A DNA stretch of 64,000 bases from Dicyema japonicum (Eukaryota; Animalia; Dicyemida): the NCBI GenBank assembly GCA_011109175.1, contig RDEW01000039.1:1-64000 (forward strand), written 5' to 3'. This document shows, one piece after another, positions 25,200-38,519 of the stretch. The position numbers were made by a program, and so were the translations under genes. The stretch's first letter is position 1; every line of letters starts with the position of its first letter. The notes under the pieces were generated by a model. That model worked only from the letters and a program-made list of their open reading frames with translations. It was not told the origin of the DNA and did not search any database.

Positions 25200-26534
25200 T
25201 AGTTCAAATATTAGGATTTTACTAAGGTCGTATGTTTCAAGTTTTTGTTGTTGAGACAGAAAGAGCAAATCCTTATGCCCCATTGCTGATAAGTGCCAAG
25301 ATTTGATGACATAATTCAATGAAACAGGCAACAAGCTTTATGGGTATTATTTCTTCAGCATTCAATTTCGAATCTTTTTCAGCTACTTCACATATGTATA
25401 GGATAAAAGCCATCAGCATCAAGTGTTAGAGCAAATCAGGTCTTTTCCAATATGGTGATAGCCCTAAACATGCCGATTTTGATCTTATCTCTTCATAATT
25501 AGATTTTGATCTTGTAAGAGATAATACATCGTCTCAGTCCTCGGAATATTATTTCCTTTTGAAAATCATTTTGAAGTCGACGAATGCATGCAATAGTTAA
25601 ATCTTTTTGAATAATCTGTATGCAATGAACTGTTGTTAATCTTTTCAAATAGCCAAGCAGTGTGTTGAATGAACTTTTGTAAATCCTTTGAACTTTATTA
25701 ATTTTTTTTACATTCAATTCAGAAAAATTCTCCAGCTTATACTTTTGAGTTAGGAATCCTGCGATCATGACCACATGTGTTTACTTAAAATTGAAAGCCT
25801 ACATGACACCCTCTTTCCTAGATTGACAGTTGAGTTTGTCTACAAATCATGGAGGAATTGAATTAGCACACATTCACTCTTGAACATAATTGATGTTAGT
25901 CCTCGCAGTTCCAGTGTCCATTAATTATGTCCTAGTTACTCGATTCCAGGCTTCTCCTACAATAGGATAACTTATCGCATATTCATCTTTAACAAAGTCT
26001 AATAATCATTTTCATAAATATCGTCGATATAAATTGCTACATAGTGGAAAAAGTTAATATCGAAGCAGTTGGGAATATCCGGAAACTCAAATTCCTCCTT
26101 GGCTCCCGTTTTTGAAAACTTCAAAAACTAAACGAAATATCTGATTCAAGATTTTCCTCGGTAATAAGGTTTGCAGAATTAAATCTTTGTCTAGTCTCCA
26201 TTTTTATTCTAGATTTTGTTCTTTTTCCAACTTTATGTATCTCAGATATTTCCCTTCGGACATAGAGTTCTTTGCTAAGGCTTCAAAAATTTTTTGCTTC
26301 AAGTACAATAAAGCTTTTTTCGAATGGTTTAAAAAAACACTCTATAATTTAGAATATAATAATAATAAAATTTTTATTTAATAAAAATGCCCCAATAAGC
26401 GGGGTCAATGATTTTTATTTATTATTATTCTATTGATCAGAAATTAAATAAAATATCATAAATGAAATTATATAAAGTGCCCCATATATAGAGAGTGCCC
26501 CAATCTGGGGTTTCATTAGGATGGGGTTGTACTG
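25200..26534 (-). mobile_element. Decayed pogo/Tigger-like transposon
   Basis: Terminus TA|CAGTACAACCCCATCC at 26534; broken frames with HTH-like and SKRFNYCMHS (SK.RLT..C.N-like) segments. Confidence 0.45.
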
Positions 26535-26861
26535 TATATAGAAATTCTTAATTAAAACTATACCCACCATAAGTTGTCCACTTTTTTGGTTTTCAGTCGT
26601 TTTTATTAGCGATCAAAACGTATTTTTAATCAGTATAGTCATAATGATTAGATAATGTGATAACAGACCGGTAAAATTATTTTTAAAGAGTTTGATATCT
26701 TTTTTCCCTTTCTTTGAGGTTTTCTATTGATCCTTAAAAAGGTAGCATGCATTAATATTTGAATTATTATTAACAGAACGTAAAAACATGTGAAGTTATA
26801 TATTAACATTACCCGTTATATGAGCTCTCGATCCTAACCAATAAGCATATTGATAATAGAC

Positions 26862-26940
26862 CAGTGGTTCTTAACCTTTTTTAAGACAGCGCCCCCTTTT
26901 GTTGCAATTTTGAAGCTTCAAAATTTCAGCGCACTTTAAG
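26862..26940 (+). mobile_element. Solo hAT (Charlie/Buster-type) terminus
   Basis: CAGTGGTTCTTAACCTTTTTT matches the CAGTGGTTCYYAACC terminal signature; partner end not found in the window. Confidence 0.5.
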
Positions 26941-26999
26941 ATTTAAATTTTCTGTTATTTCTGGAGATATATTAACGTTTTCAACTTTAAATGGATTTA

Positions 27000-27170
27000 A
27001 TAATAATAATAACACCAGAGACCACGGTTACACAAAACTAACTAATCACGTGATCCCAGCACGCTCTAGCAGGGACCTCATCTTGGCCCAATGCTCCTCC
27101 CTCGACCCCACACAAGCACGTATAGGTCGAGTGACTGGTCTTCCAGTCATGACGGCGATTCATATACCAA
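27000..27170 (-). mobile_element. Ingi/Vingi-like 3' end fragment
   Basis: GGGATCACGTGATTAG 3' motif plus (TAT)n tail; related to 38100-38415. Confidence 0.5.
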
Positions 27171-27769
27171 TTAAAAATTTTAAATTTTCTAAATCATTAA
27201 AGCGAATTTTCATGTCGTCCCTTAACTATTTTAGATGTAAACAGTTACATTCACAGTCTGAATCCGTTAAATTTTCAACCTAATAAATTTTATTACGAAA
27301 AATGAACTCCAATTTTTTGTTGACTTGGAAAAATAATAAAAATCTTTTTTAATAGTGTTTTCATAAAGCATTAATTTTTAATAAAAAACCTGATAATTCC
27401 TTTTACATTTTAAATTTATTCTGTTTCCTCGCAAGCTAATATTTACTTGATTAATTTTGAAGAGGCTATAAGTTACAAATACTAAAGAAAAACAACTTTT
27501 TGATTTTGAATACCTTTTTAGCGTTAGAATCTGAATAACTGTTAAAATTAACATATAGGCAGGTTTCAGTTAATTTAAATTCTCAACTCCGATATTGATA
27601 ACTAGAGTTCCATCAAGACATTAAGTTATGACTAGGACGATTTTTACTTATAAATTCAAAATTTGACCAAACTTGATTTTCTTGACTTCATGGTTTCAAC
27701 ATTTTGACTTTTTTGACTTTATGGCAAATTTCTCTTCTTGTTTTACAATTCAAAATAAAATAAACAGTC

Positions 27770-28165
27770 ATAAAGCCACCGCTCTGACTGCGTGGCTATT
27801 CCCTCTCAGGATGAAGAGCGAAATTCGGGAAAATAGCCAGCAGCACCAACAGGGATTTTTTGTTCGCGTAGAAATCCGATTCCTAGCCGAGTCAGGAATT
27901 TTAGCGTCGCAGTTGCAAGGGAACCATACGTTTCAACCAAAAGTGGAAAAAACAAAAAATATTCGGTAGGATCTGCGTACTTTGTCCGCTTTTACCTCTC
28001 GGCATTTCATAGTGGCAGAACAGGCTCCAGAAACACTTTGATGAAGGTTGCAAGGGCGAATGTGTGGTTCGGGTGTCGTCTTAGACAAGAGTTTTCCTGA
28101 CTTCAAAGGGGAAGATAGTCATCCCATTTGGTCGTTTCCCATCACGTGTACAAAGACCGAATAGT
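27770..28165 (-). mobile_element. CRE-like RLE 3' fragment
   Basis: Nucleotide homology to 1810-2200 (CTGACTGCGTGGCTATTCCCTCTCAGGAT shared); GKRPNGMTIFPFE. Confidence 0.85.
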
Positions 28166-28709
28166 TCGAGCATAGAAGGGTCCGAAAAGGGAGATCTCAT
28201 CCCTCATAGAGAAGACAAGGAGTGCTGCAATTAAGCTCTCCTTAAACAAGAAATTGAGAGACTGTCTAAGCGAAGATGAAGACAAGCTATTAGAACCGAT
28301 TATCAGGATTGTGGAGGATCGGATCACTGGTTCAGGAGGAGATCAAAGATCCAGGACACATATATAAAACTGGGAGAAACTTTCTGAAAAATTTTTTAAA
28401 AAGGAGGAAGGGTCCAGGTGTGGAGTCCAAGCCTTATGGAGGGACTCAGATGTAAAATACTTTCCAGAAAACTCCTTAAGTATTTTGTTAATAAATTGTT
28501 ATTTTTTTATTTTATTGTTATATTCTTTGTGGATGAAAGTAAGAAAGATTCGGTTTGTATCCTATGGACTACTGGATGAAAGGAAAACGATAAATTGACG
28601 ACGATGTATGCAGTGTTATTTTGACAATTGATATTGATAAAAATTCCAACTCAGTGTCATTCAGGAATCTCAAACAGGTCAAGTGAGGAGACACAATGTT
28701 AACATTATA

Positions 28710-30105
28710 AATTTATTTACCCCGAAGCGGGAACACCAAAAAAAGGAGTAAACCAACTAATTAAGAGACCCCGGTACGCCTCAACAGGATCGAGAGGTTT
28801 TTCCTATGTTCCACCAGAGTACCCACGGCTTTCCTGAATAGACGACGATCATCTTTCATTAGAGTTTTCAAGAGGGGTGGGTTTTTTCCCCAAATTTCGT
28901 GTATTTGAGGCTTCTAGCCTTGAATGGGAGAAACGACTTGTTTCTTGACCACACAGACCGGTGAAGTCAGAGCAGTTATTTTTGATTGGGGCGTGGTAAA
29001 GCATTGGGGAGAAAAGATCGGGGGTAGATTTGTTAGACGTGCAAGTTTGCCTGTTAGGGAGTTGATCTTGTATGAATTGGATATTGAAGTTCCACAGGCC
29101 CATGAGGCACAAGCATACTCTACCGTCGGTTTCAAAATTTAATTGTAAAAGACGACAACGCATTCCCGTGACGACCTGGACTTTAAGAGCGGTTTCATTA
29201 TATTTAGTTTTCTGAGACCCTTGGTCATAACGTTCTTCACATGTTGAGAAAAATGTCATTTATTATTATTTATTTTACACCAAGAAAGAAGGAGTAAATA
29301 ACTAATTAAGTGATCCGGTAAACTCAACAGGATCGAGAGGTTTTTCCTTGTTCCTCCAGAGTACCCACGGCTTTCCTGAATAGACGACGATCATCTTTCA
29401 TTAGAGTTTGAAGAGGAGTGGGTTTTTTCCCCAAATTTCGTGTATTTGAGGCTTTTAGCCTTGAATGGAAGAAACGACTTGTTTCTTGCCACACAGACAG
29501 ATGAAGCCGGAGCCATTATTTTTGATTGCGGCGTGGTCAAGCATTGGAGGGAAAAGATCGAGGCGTAGATTCGTTTGACGTGCTAGTTTGCCAATTAGGG
29601 TATTGATCTTGAGTGAATTTGATATCGAAGCTCCATAGGCCCATGAGGCACAAGCGTACTCAATCGTCGGTTTTAGGAGTTGATTGAAAAAGACGACAGC
29701 GCATTCCGTGACGGCCTGGACTTTAAGAGCGGTTTGATTATATTTAGTTTCCTGAGACCCTTTGTCATAACGTTCTCCACATGTTGAGAAAATGTCATCA
29801 AGGGTCAAATGTCACTCCAGGATAGTTGGACAGTCTGTAGTGGTAAGGAGCCTCCAAAAATGTTCAAATCCAGTGTATGTTTTTCTTTTCTGTCCGTGGT
29901 GAAGATTGTATACGTTGATTTATCCCTGGATACGGAGAGACGATTCAACTTCAACCAGGCTCCCAGGTCGTCAATATGTGACTGAAGCTCTGATTTTTGC
30001 TGTACCCACGTATTTGTTCCTGCTAGCGATGATTAGGTCGTCAGCATAAGTGAGAAGCATTGAATCTGGTCCTCCAGGGCAGGAAAATCGTTGAGGAACA
30101 AGTTG
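28710..30105 (-). mobile_element. Two head-to-tail 5'-truncated copies of Ingi/Vingi subfamily A (about 28710-29250 and 29240-30105)
   Basis: Both are highly similar to 9078-9920, each with its own 3' UTR and tail. Confidence 0.9.
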
Positions 30106-30223
30106 GGAAAATGTCATAAAAGGGTCAAATGTCCCTTTGGACATTATAAATCATTTGATATTTTAAATAAAAATTTATAGATAATGTTCAATTCTTTAAA
30201 AAAATAATTTTTGAATTTTACTC

Positions 30224-30902
30224 ATGTTGTTGTCTCCTATTTTTCGTGGGGCGAAAAACTTGTTTCGTTTTTCCTCCAATTTTTCAGTGCAAGGAAGGTA
30301 CCTAATTTTTTCTTAACCTGTCAGAATCCCGAAAGAAAAGGAAAAATCCCGCAGTGATCCTGATTACTATAAACCTCGTAGCCCATATTATCAGACTGAT
30401 CGAAATTGGCATTACAATTACTTTCCAAGATACCATCAAGGGGGAATCCTTCCCAGATTGGAAAAATTCGAAGAACTAAAGTCTCTCCCAAAGTACAAGT
30501 CCACCAGTTCTTGGGTCCCGAAAAAGCTCTTTTGGGCAAAATGATTACATTTGGTTAATTATATGATATATTTCAGACATTTTAGGAGACTATGATGTTC
30601 AGCCTAAGGATTTGATTGAGGGACCGCCATTCATGGTTGGCTTCAGGGGACGGGAATTGCTGAGGTTGATTCGCTTGCTTCAATTTGACGGCCTAAAAAT
30701 AAAGCATTTTGAACCAATGAGATACCACAAAATATGCCAGAGAATCCGTTATTTATACAAACACGATAACATGAGAAAGAAGGGAACAGTTAGTTCCCGC
30801 CCAATGGACACTATTCCATTGACCCTCCTACCCACCATAAAGTGGCCAGAACTAAATAATTTTATTATTTGTCTTCTTTTACTTTATTGGTTACATAGCT
30901 AA
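30224..30902 (+). pseudogene. MRPL51: Mitochondrial ribosomal protein L51 gene with two frameshifts (pseudogene or assembly error)
   Basis: Presequence-like MLLSPIFRGAKNLFRFSSNFS / intron 30298-30324 / ..RYHQGGILPRL..LPKYK..W..KK(LF)GQNDYI / intron 30554-30576 / DILGDYDVQPKDLIEGPPFMVGFRGRELLRLIR..QRIRYLYKHDN; the first frameshift gives TGA at 30542-30544. Confidence 0.85.
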
Positions 30903-31211
30903 ATAGTTTTGCGTTTCTGCGAATAACCAGGAAACGCTGTTAGGAAAGGGTTATTTTGGAGAGGAATTTTGATCAGTCATGAAGGATACTAGATCGAGTT
31001 CCGAAGGTGGTTGGATTGCTGGCGGACTACTCGAGGAGAGATATGGGAGTTATTCGACAACTTATAAACTGGATTAGGAGTTATCTATAGGGGTTTTAAT
31101 TAGTCCGCCTTTGCGGCCTGGTCACTTCTGACCTCCCTCGTCTCCATAATGACTGTGCGTTCTTTCGTAGGAATCCACGAATCCTGTTTTCCACCATCTG
31201 TTTGACTGATG

Positions 31212-31796
31212 CAAAAATCCCGTCCTGCTCAATGCTCAGGACGTCGTGTAGTCTCTGCCCAGGGCTAACTTTATGGCTGGTCTTCTAGACTTCTCCAGCA
31301 GTGATAATTTCTTTTCCTTCGAGTGAAGTTACTGGAGGAACGCACGAGGAGAGTTTAGTGATTTTTGGAAGCTGAGATCACTTAATTATTATTTAGCGCT
31401 TATTTCTTGGTAGTCATTTGATTATTAAGTAAAATTAGATATTTCACTCAATATTTAAGGTAATTTAAAAGTAAAGATAGTGCTAAAGTTAATTCTGTCG
31501 AACAACATCTTTACAATTCAAGGAAGCAATAAAGACTCTAATATTCTAACACATATTGGTATTTATCCCCATAATGCCGCATGGCTTCCTAGGACAGCAG
31601 CTTTCTTCATGTACGCCAAAAAACGATAACCGGGGAAGACAGGCAAACTGTGAGTAGGCGGAAATCACTAAACTCTCCTCGTGCGTTCCTCCAAGGAAAT
31701 TATCAATGCTGAAGAAGTCTAGAAGACCAGCCATGAAGTTAGCCCTGGGCAGAAGACTACACGACGTCCTGAGTGTTGAGAAGGACGGGATTTTTG
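31212..31796. repeat. Inverted repeat: arms 31212-31364 and 31662-31796, spacer about 300 bp
   Basis: Arms are near-perfect reverse complements except for an indel of about 19 nt. Confidence 0.85.
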
Positions 31797-32124
31797 AACC
31801 ATTCAAACCCGAACGAGAATCACGTGCATTCCGAATACAATGAGCTTTTCTCTAGGGAGATATTATAATTGATACAAGATAGTGGAGTCATAAAAATTAA
31901 AGAATTGACTGGATACAAAATCCTATCAAAATCAGCTTGAATAACTCAGTAATCATTAAACTGGCTCATTCGCCAATCAAATTTAATGGTCCGCTGGCTA
32001 AATACCAATATATTGAGCTGAAACTTTTTGTCTCCTGATGAAACAATTTAAGGGAGTCAAGTTGTCTATATTTTGCCTACTCACAGTTGAATGAAATGAT
32101 AATAAAAATTGTACCTAGTCCCAA

Positions 32125-32225
32125 TCGCAGTTGAAACCTCTGGAGTGGTAGGAAGAATGGATAAAGGAGTCTTCAACGAAATAGGGACTGCGATTGTGGC
32201 ACAACTCAAATACCCTCTAATAAAA
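32125..32225 (+). mobile_element. CRE-like RLE fragment
   Basis: PIAVETSGVVG...FNEIGTAI. Confidence 0.5.
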
Positions 32226-32489
32226 TATTTTTAAAAAGAGATTCCCATTGGAATCTGTCATAAGAAATTCGAGTCTTTCTCCGTGTTCCAAAGCATTCTC
32301 TGAGACCAGGTTTAGTTTTCAATATTCATTTCACTAAATAAAAATGTCCAAGGCTGAGGAACAGCTGATAGACTTCTGTCATCGAAGGCAGCAGATGACA
32401 ATGTTCTGCTTGAATTTGTAGGTCTCGATTATTATTAATAAGCCAAAAATTATCAGGCAATACAGAACGGTTGACTGATTTTTAAGGGC

Positions 32490-32830
32490 CACATCAGTCT
32501 AGTCTCATAAGGCCCTCCAGAGGCGTCGGTCCGGTTGGTGATCTCCAAAAATCCAACTCACCGTTTCTTTGAAAGCCCTCTTTTGCATTTCATAGATTTT
32601 CCTCATATTTGTTCAAGATATGGACGGTTTCCACAAGGCGCATGTATATGAGAAACATGGCTCGATGTACTGTCTGTACACTCTCATAAGGACAGGAGGT
32701 AATAATCGACTTTTGACAAGTTGTCTCTAGTTTACTTATTAATGAGGAGTTTTCCAAATTTTGTTGAACATAATTTTGTTTGAGATATCCATTAAGATTA
32801 TTAACGCCTGGTCCACCGAGCATACGAAAT
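32490..32830 (-). mobile_element. Ingi/Vingi-like RT C-terminal fragment
   Basis: YRQYIEPCFSYTCALW; shares GGCGCATGTATATGAGAAACATGGCTCGATGTACTGTCTGTACAC with 38225-38415. Confidence 0.7.
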
Positions 32831-33899
32831 TAAATTTATAATCAGGAGATGGTCCAGATTTTATTACAATTATAATCGTCATTTATTGACCACGGCGAGA
32901 CTTTTTATTCTCAGCCAAATAGTTCTTTGATTTAATCATGGAATTCCGTTTTGTTAACCAAGTGGTTGAGGAGGATGAATTTACAAAATGTTTACTTACC
33001 TTCATGAGTGATGAAAATCCTTGCCCTTCTTGCGAGCATGGCCGAGGTGGAAGACTCGGGAGATATTGGAAATATGAAGTTCAGAAAAATGAATTGCACA
33101 CAGAATTATTGTTCGATTATTGTCCGGCCCACATGATCCTTCGATATAGTGAGCTTCCGATGTGCTATTTAGCTCGTCCAATGAACAAACATTTCCTTTT
33201 ACAATGATAATCAAATTTGTCAACTGTGTACAAAGGATATCCCAAATAATAAATTGGACACCCCGTCCAAAGAAGAGATATCAGTCAGGGGGTTTTATAG
33301 GAACAATCATAAATTGATATTCGCGCTTGCATCTTCTTAATGTGAATGTAACTTTCCGTTCTCTTTTTGGACTCAGTAAGAGGACGGATATTCGTAACGT
33401 GGTGCCATGTGTCTACTTGATTGAAGATTTCTGTTTGCTTCTTATGTTCCTCTCCTTCCCTATATAATAGAGTGGCGTCATGTGATTCACTAGTTTCAGG
33501 AGGAGCCCAGTGCTGAGTGGCATGCAAAGGAATCATTTGTTCTCACCCACTCCAGTGGAGCGGTTCCCATGACAACGACCGATCATGAGAAGTTGTTAAC
33601 TATAAAATTCTTCTCAGTGTACCTGGGGTAATAAATTAAAGGTGTGCTGGACTGATTAAGCAACTTAGTTCCTTATTTCTTACAAAATTATAAATGAGTA
33701 AGTATTAAAGATTTTATATAAAATACAAAATCTGTAGTGAAATTTAGTACGAGCCACTCATTAGTAGACCTTGAATGTAACATACTTGACAAATTAACAC
33801 CCTTATTTTATTCTCCTCTGATAAAATATTACACATCTATATACTACAGGAAGTTGAAACCTGAAACTTTGGCTTGGAAACTTCCTAAATGGAAGACGA

Positions 33900-34815
33900 G
33901 CACAAGTACTCTGCAACAACATCAAATCAAGATTTCGCTATTTCCCAAATGGAGTCCCTCAAAGCTCCCCACTATCACCCCAACTCTTCAATCTCTACAT
34001 AAACGACATGCCACAAACCTGTAATGAAAACTGTCTAATCCTCTCCTATTCCAACGATATCATTCTTGCCTCCAAGAACAGAAGCATTCAATCAGCGACT
34101 CAGTCCGCTCAACAAATGCTCGACAACTGGAACTATGGCTCTCGAAGCGGAGACTCGACACATCAGCAGCAAAGTTCTTTGTCACACTGTTTACCACCTA
34201 CGAGGAACAGCTCTGTATCGAACCAAAAGTCATTATGAAGAATGAAGCTATTTCTATTAACAAAACACCGAAGATTTTGGGAGTAACATTTGATCAGGGA
34301 CTCACCTTTATACAACATGTTGAAAACAAAGTAACTTTTGCTCTGAAAAAATGAGAATTTTAAAAGTGCTCTCAAATACATTTAGAGACCAAACTGGTGT
34401 CCTTGCCACGATTTACAACAATTTATCCGACCAACGATGACGTATGTAAGTCCTTCATGGGCAATGCAAATGTCACGATCTTCCTCATTGAAATTATCCG
34501 CAATCGAGGAGACTGCAATAAAGTTAATTGGACCAGATCACAATATCCAACTCATTGAAAACTTTTTAATCGAACTACAACGGAAACTATTAAAGGAGAC
34601 TATTCTACCGAGCTGCCCTCTATTCCAAATACTATCGAATTATTTACAATCATACATAAATTTTGAGCCTATGCCATGTCCAATAAGAAGAGCTGTTCAG
34701 GATTCTCGACCCCGCCAAACTCGTCCTCACCTTTGTCGGTCTGGGATCACTTATTAGATGAGAACTTTTATTTCTTTCTCTTTGACCCAGTGATCCTGGG
34801 TATAATAATAATAAT
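33900..34815 (+). mobile_element. Ingi/Vingi-like subfamily B, 5'-truncated
   Basis: GVPQ.SP, LSYSNDII, PKILGVTFD, YVSPSW, ends ..SGITY*; 3' hairpin CCCAGTGATCCTGGG plus (TAA)n; near-identical to 62962-64000. Confidence 0.9.
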
Positions 34816-34869
34816 ATTTTATTCTCCCAGGATCAATTGGTTAGAAGAGAAAAAAGCCTCAGGTAACTG

Positions 34870-36100
34870 AGTATTCCAAAACCAAGAAGAAGAGGCTGAT
34901 ATCGGTGAGAATGAGTATCCTGTACTGTTATGCTATTTGGCATGGAGTCAACTCATATTTTGTGGAGTTTTCAAGGTATCTGAGAAGGATTTTTAGAGAG
35001 TGCTGTTTTGAATACTCGATTTTTCTGGAGAGAGATAGTCAATCGTTTCTTAAAAAAACATATAAGTCTCTTGTATTCTTTGTATTGCTTCTTCTGGACT
35101 CCGGTGCCTTGATGCGACTATAATATATACATACGACAAAATGAGGGTGTTAGTCTTAAGGGACCAGATTTGGAAAATAAATTTTGATTTACTATCGTCA
35201 CTTGTCCTTTTCCCCCACTGACAAAGTTTGCGAGCCATGTTCTTAAAGACAAAGTTTACGAGCAATTTTGGATGGATGGAAGTGGAGAAGGTTTTGAGTG
35301 AAAATCTTCCGCGGTATTGGGTCAAAAACATTCTCGATATCTAAAAAGACTAGCACCATTCTCTCATATGATATTGCGTAATTGAATCCGATCCGTCAGG
35401 TGAGTAGAAGTAGAATGTCCTGCCCTGAAACATGTCGGAATGGGAAAAGTTGTAAGAAGGGGTGATATTTTGAAGGGCTAATTTTTCAGCCAGCGTAAAA
35501 GTCAGTACAGTATTGGCCAGTAAGAGCAATAGTCGTCTCAAAGTTTATTCTTTTTCAGTATAATATATATTTTTCCATATTGCTGGAATTTCGCTTTTGT
35601 TTATTGAGTGGTTGAAAATTTGGATAATCGCCTTTTTGCGACTGGCCACAAATTCTACAACTCTGTTATTAAGATATTATCTGCCCTCTGGATAATGTGG
35701 TCTTTATAGAATTGATTGTAGCGGATATGATTGTAGAGGATATATCATCTGGTCTTCACAGAATTCATTGTAGAGGATAATTCTTGATTCTCGTGTGTTT
35801 TGGTTGGGAATTCAGATTTAGAGTAAGGTTTGTGGCTTATGCTGACATATCGTTTCATAAGTACATCTGGGTTTATCACTTGTATTTGTCTAGAAGTACT
35901 TACAGTAGGAATCATAAGTACATCTGGGTTTATCACTTGTATTTGTCTAGAAGTACTTACAGCTTTCCATTTCTTCTCGTTATGTCTAGTGATTTCTTTA
36001 GTTATTTATTTGTTCAGTTTTTCTCTTTAATGGGGCTCTTGTTTCAGTGTCGAATATTTTCGAAGAAAGTTTTATTCAGCCCATATGTATGAATTTTTTG
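34870..36100 (-). mobile_element. Decayed Ingi/Vingi-like linker + RT, with a 57-bp in-frame tandem duplication (35856-35962)
   Basis: INPDVLMKRYVSISHKPYSK parallels LHPNILMKHYAGISFKPFSK of the full-length element; VLVFLDIENVFD RT motif. Confidence 0.65.
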
Positions 36101-36439
36101 CGCAATTGAGAATAACTTTTTTGATAAATCTAACGGCCACGTTAATTGAGGGATTTCTCCGTTTAGAACGAGTAGAAACATCCTTCAATGAAAGACGTGA
36201 TCCAAGTAAAATCACATGAGAAGTTAACGTTTGCTCTAAATTTCAAAAGTATTGGATTGTGATTCGTGAGCAAAACAAATATAAAATTGTTCAAAAATCC
36301 ATAAAGCAATATCCAGCAAAGTAACCATAATAAACGCCGCAGTTTAATGATTTTCGTAGGTTTCATTATAGCTACATATGTAAAATCATTATAGTTATAG
36401 TTTCATCCGTGCGTCGTTGGAAACTATCAAACTAAATAA

Positions 36440-36720
36440 ACGATTCCATCTTCCGCGGTCATGCGCGACCTCTCTCGTCATCTATATAATCTCTGCATTT
36501 CATTTTCCTTTCAACATAGTTGAGATCAGTATCAAGTATCCCAAGGAGTGTGATTCGCGAACGTCCATAGAAACGTGATTTACCTAGGGATCCATTTTCA
36601 ATCTCCGCCATCTCAAATTAAGGATCTCAAGACTCAAAAGACCAGTGGAGCAAACATTTAATAAAGCTTTCTTGTCATATTAGCTATCGCTCGTCTCAGC
36701 GGAACATATATTTTATTTTA
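36440..36720 (-). mobile_element. RTE C-terminal relic
   Basis: GRSRITLLGILDTDL...AHDRGRW. Confidence 0.55.
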
Positions 36721-36756
36721 AGCAAAGAATAGTTATAGTAACTAATCGATGAGGGT

Positions 36757-36872
36757 GAACCAAGGAATGATCTTCACTTCTTTTTTTCTTTTTGTTGGGT
36801 GTGAGTCCTTCTGTAGATGATCCGGTTTCGCCGTGAGATGTTCATTGATGACAACGTCACTCGTCAAGCCAA
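36757..36872 (-). mobile_element. tRNA-derived SINE, copy 2 (5'-truncated)
   Basis: GAACCAAGGAATGATCTTCACTTC...GATGACAACGTCACTCGTCAAGCC aligns with 49205-49320. Confidence 0.7.
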
Positions 36873-36879
36873 GAAGTTA

Positions 36880-37440
36880 AGAGTTCGAATTGGCAAAAAG
36901 ACGTCAAAAGAATTCCTATATAACGTAGGTACTCCTCAAGGGTACTCCTCAAGGATACTCCCCTCTTCTTGGAAACGGCGCTACGAGAGGTTCGAAAATT
37001 TTATGAAGGTAACATAGAAAAATCAATTTATGCTGACGACGTCGAATTCATTTGTCCTTATTCGCCTATTGGAAATAGCTCCTAATGAACTCAATAAATG
37101 GTACCTTAACGTGAATGTTCGGAAAGCGGAAATAGTGGACATCAGAAGAATGGAAAGAAGAACGGATGAAGAATTTAGAAAGACTTTAAGTTGAATCCTT
37201 ACTTGGAGACAGAGAGGACATCGTTCGATGAAAGACCCTCGATACAGCTGCACCAAACCAAGTTAAAAAGAACTGGATTAACGGAAGACGATCATTCCGG
37301 CTAAAACTATATAATATCCTTGTTAAACCAGTCCTAGTATATAATTCATCAACGTGGGCAATGTCAAAGGCTGAGGAACCGGGATAGACTTCTTTCGTCG
37401 AAGGTAGCTGATGACAATGCTCGGTTTGTATTCGTAGGCT
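36880..37440 (+). mobile_element. RTE RT relic
   Basis: VGTPQG, IYADDVEF, LNVNVRKAEI, LYNILVKPVLVYNSSTW. Confidence 0.8.
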
Positions 37441-37539
37441 TTAATTATTATGAATAACCAAAAATCACCAGGAAGACGCTAATTAAAAAGAAAATGCCAT
37501 CTGGTGATCCCGGCTTCTCTCAGCAATATTATCATCTTT

Positions 37540-38415
37540 TCTGAGTGTTGCTCTCTGGAACCAACCAATTTTCGATAACACCGTTCTTCTGGCGGTTTTT
37601 CATTTTGAGTGAATTCCGCCCGACTTCTGCACAAGAACATCAAATGGGGTTGCCCTTATTGGTAGTCCTGTGATTCGAGAGACTGTTTTGGTCATACTGG
37701 ATTGATCAGAGTTGATCTCATTCACGTTTGTTCTGGCAAGTTTTGTTCCCCAAGCTGCACATCCATAACTTATAGTTGGCTCGATGAATTGGGTGTACAT
37801 CGTGGATAGTAACCGATTTGAGGATCCTTTAATTTTGAGAGAGTACCTTCACGAAGTTAAGCATTCGTTTCGAAGTACATTTGTGATGAAGGTCATGAGG
37901 GTTTCAAATGTTACTCCTACAATCTTAGCTCGTTTCTTGTGTGGGATTAGTTCATTATTCAAAAATAATTGAACAGAATTACTTGATAGCCTTCTATTCG
38001 ACGTAAAAAAGAGAAGTCGAGGACTTTTCTGTAGACTTTGACATTGAATTTCTTTTCAACCATTCATGAAGTGTGTTCAGGGTTGCGGTAAAAAACAAAA
38101 TAATTATCACGTGATCCCTATGTATTTTAACAGCGACCTCATCTTTGACTGTGTTCTTCCCTCGTGCCCGTGCATGAACGTACAGGAAGGCTGACTGATT
38201 TATCAGGGCCACATTCCCGATATCTAGAGTTTAGTCTCATGAGGGCGTCGGTCCGGCTCGGATATCTCCACAAATCCAACGCTTAGTTTCTATAAAAGCT
38301 CTCTTATCCATTATTTGATTTCCTCATATTTGTCCAAGACATGGACGGTCCCTGTGAGGCGCATGTATATGAGAAACATGGCTCGATGTACTGTCTGTAC
38401 ACGTTCATCAAGACC
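37540..38415 (-). mobile_element. Two Ingi/Vingi-like C-terminal fragments (37540-37960; 38100-38415)
   Basis: KIVGVTFETLMTF, YTQFIEPTISYGCAAW; second fragment homologous to 32490-32830 and 27000-27170. Confidence 0.65.
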
Positions 38416-38519
38416 GGGATGAGATACAAGGGATGATTTTACTTCAACTTTAATATATTTTAATAAAAATATTAATTTAAACTCATTATTATTATAAGGA
38501 AAAAGGAAAAAGAATAGTT

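Noticed and set aside
32938-33207. 89-aa ORF with CPSC motif
   Set aside because: No recognisable domain, splice structure or repeat partner; could be a chance ORF
35350-35541. Secreted protein with signal peptide (MRRLLLLLANTVLTFTLA)
   Set aside because: The ORF aligns with the Vingi RT region preceding VLVFLDIE..FD; it is a decayed RT fragment
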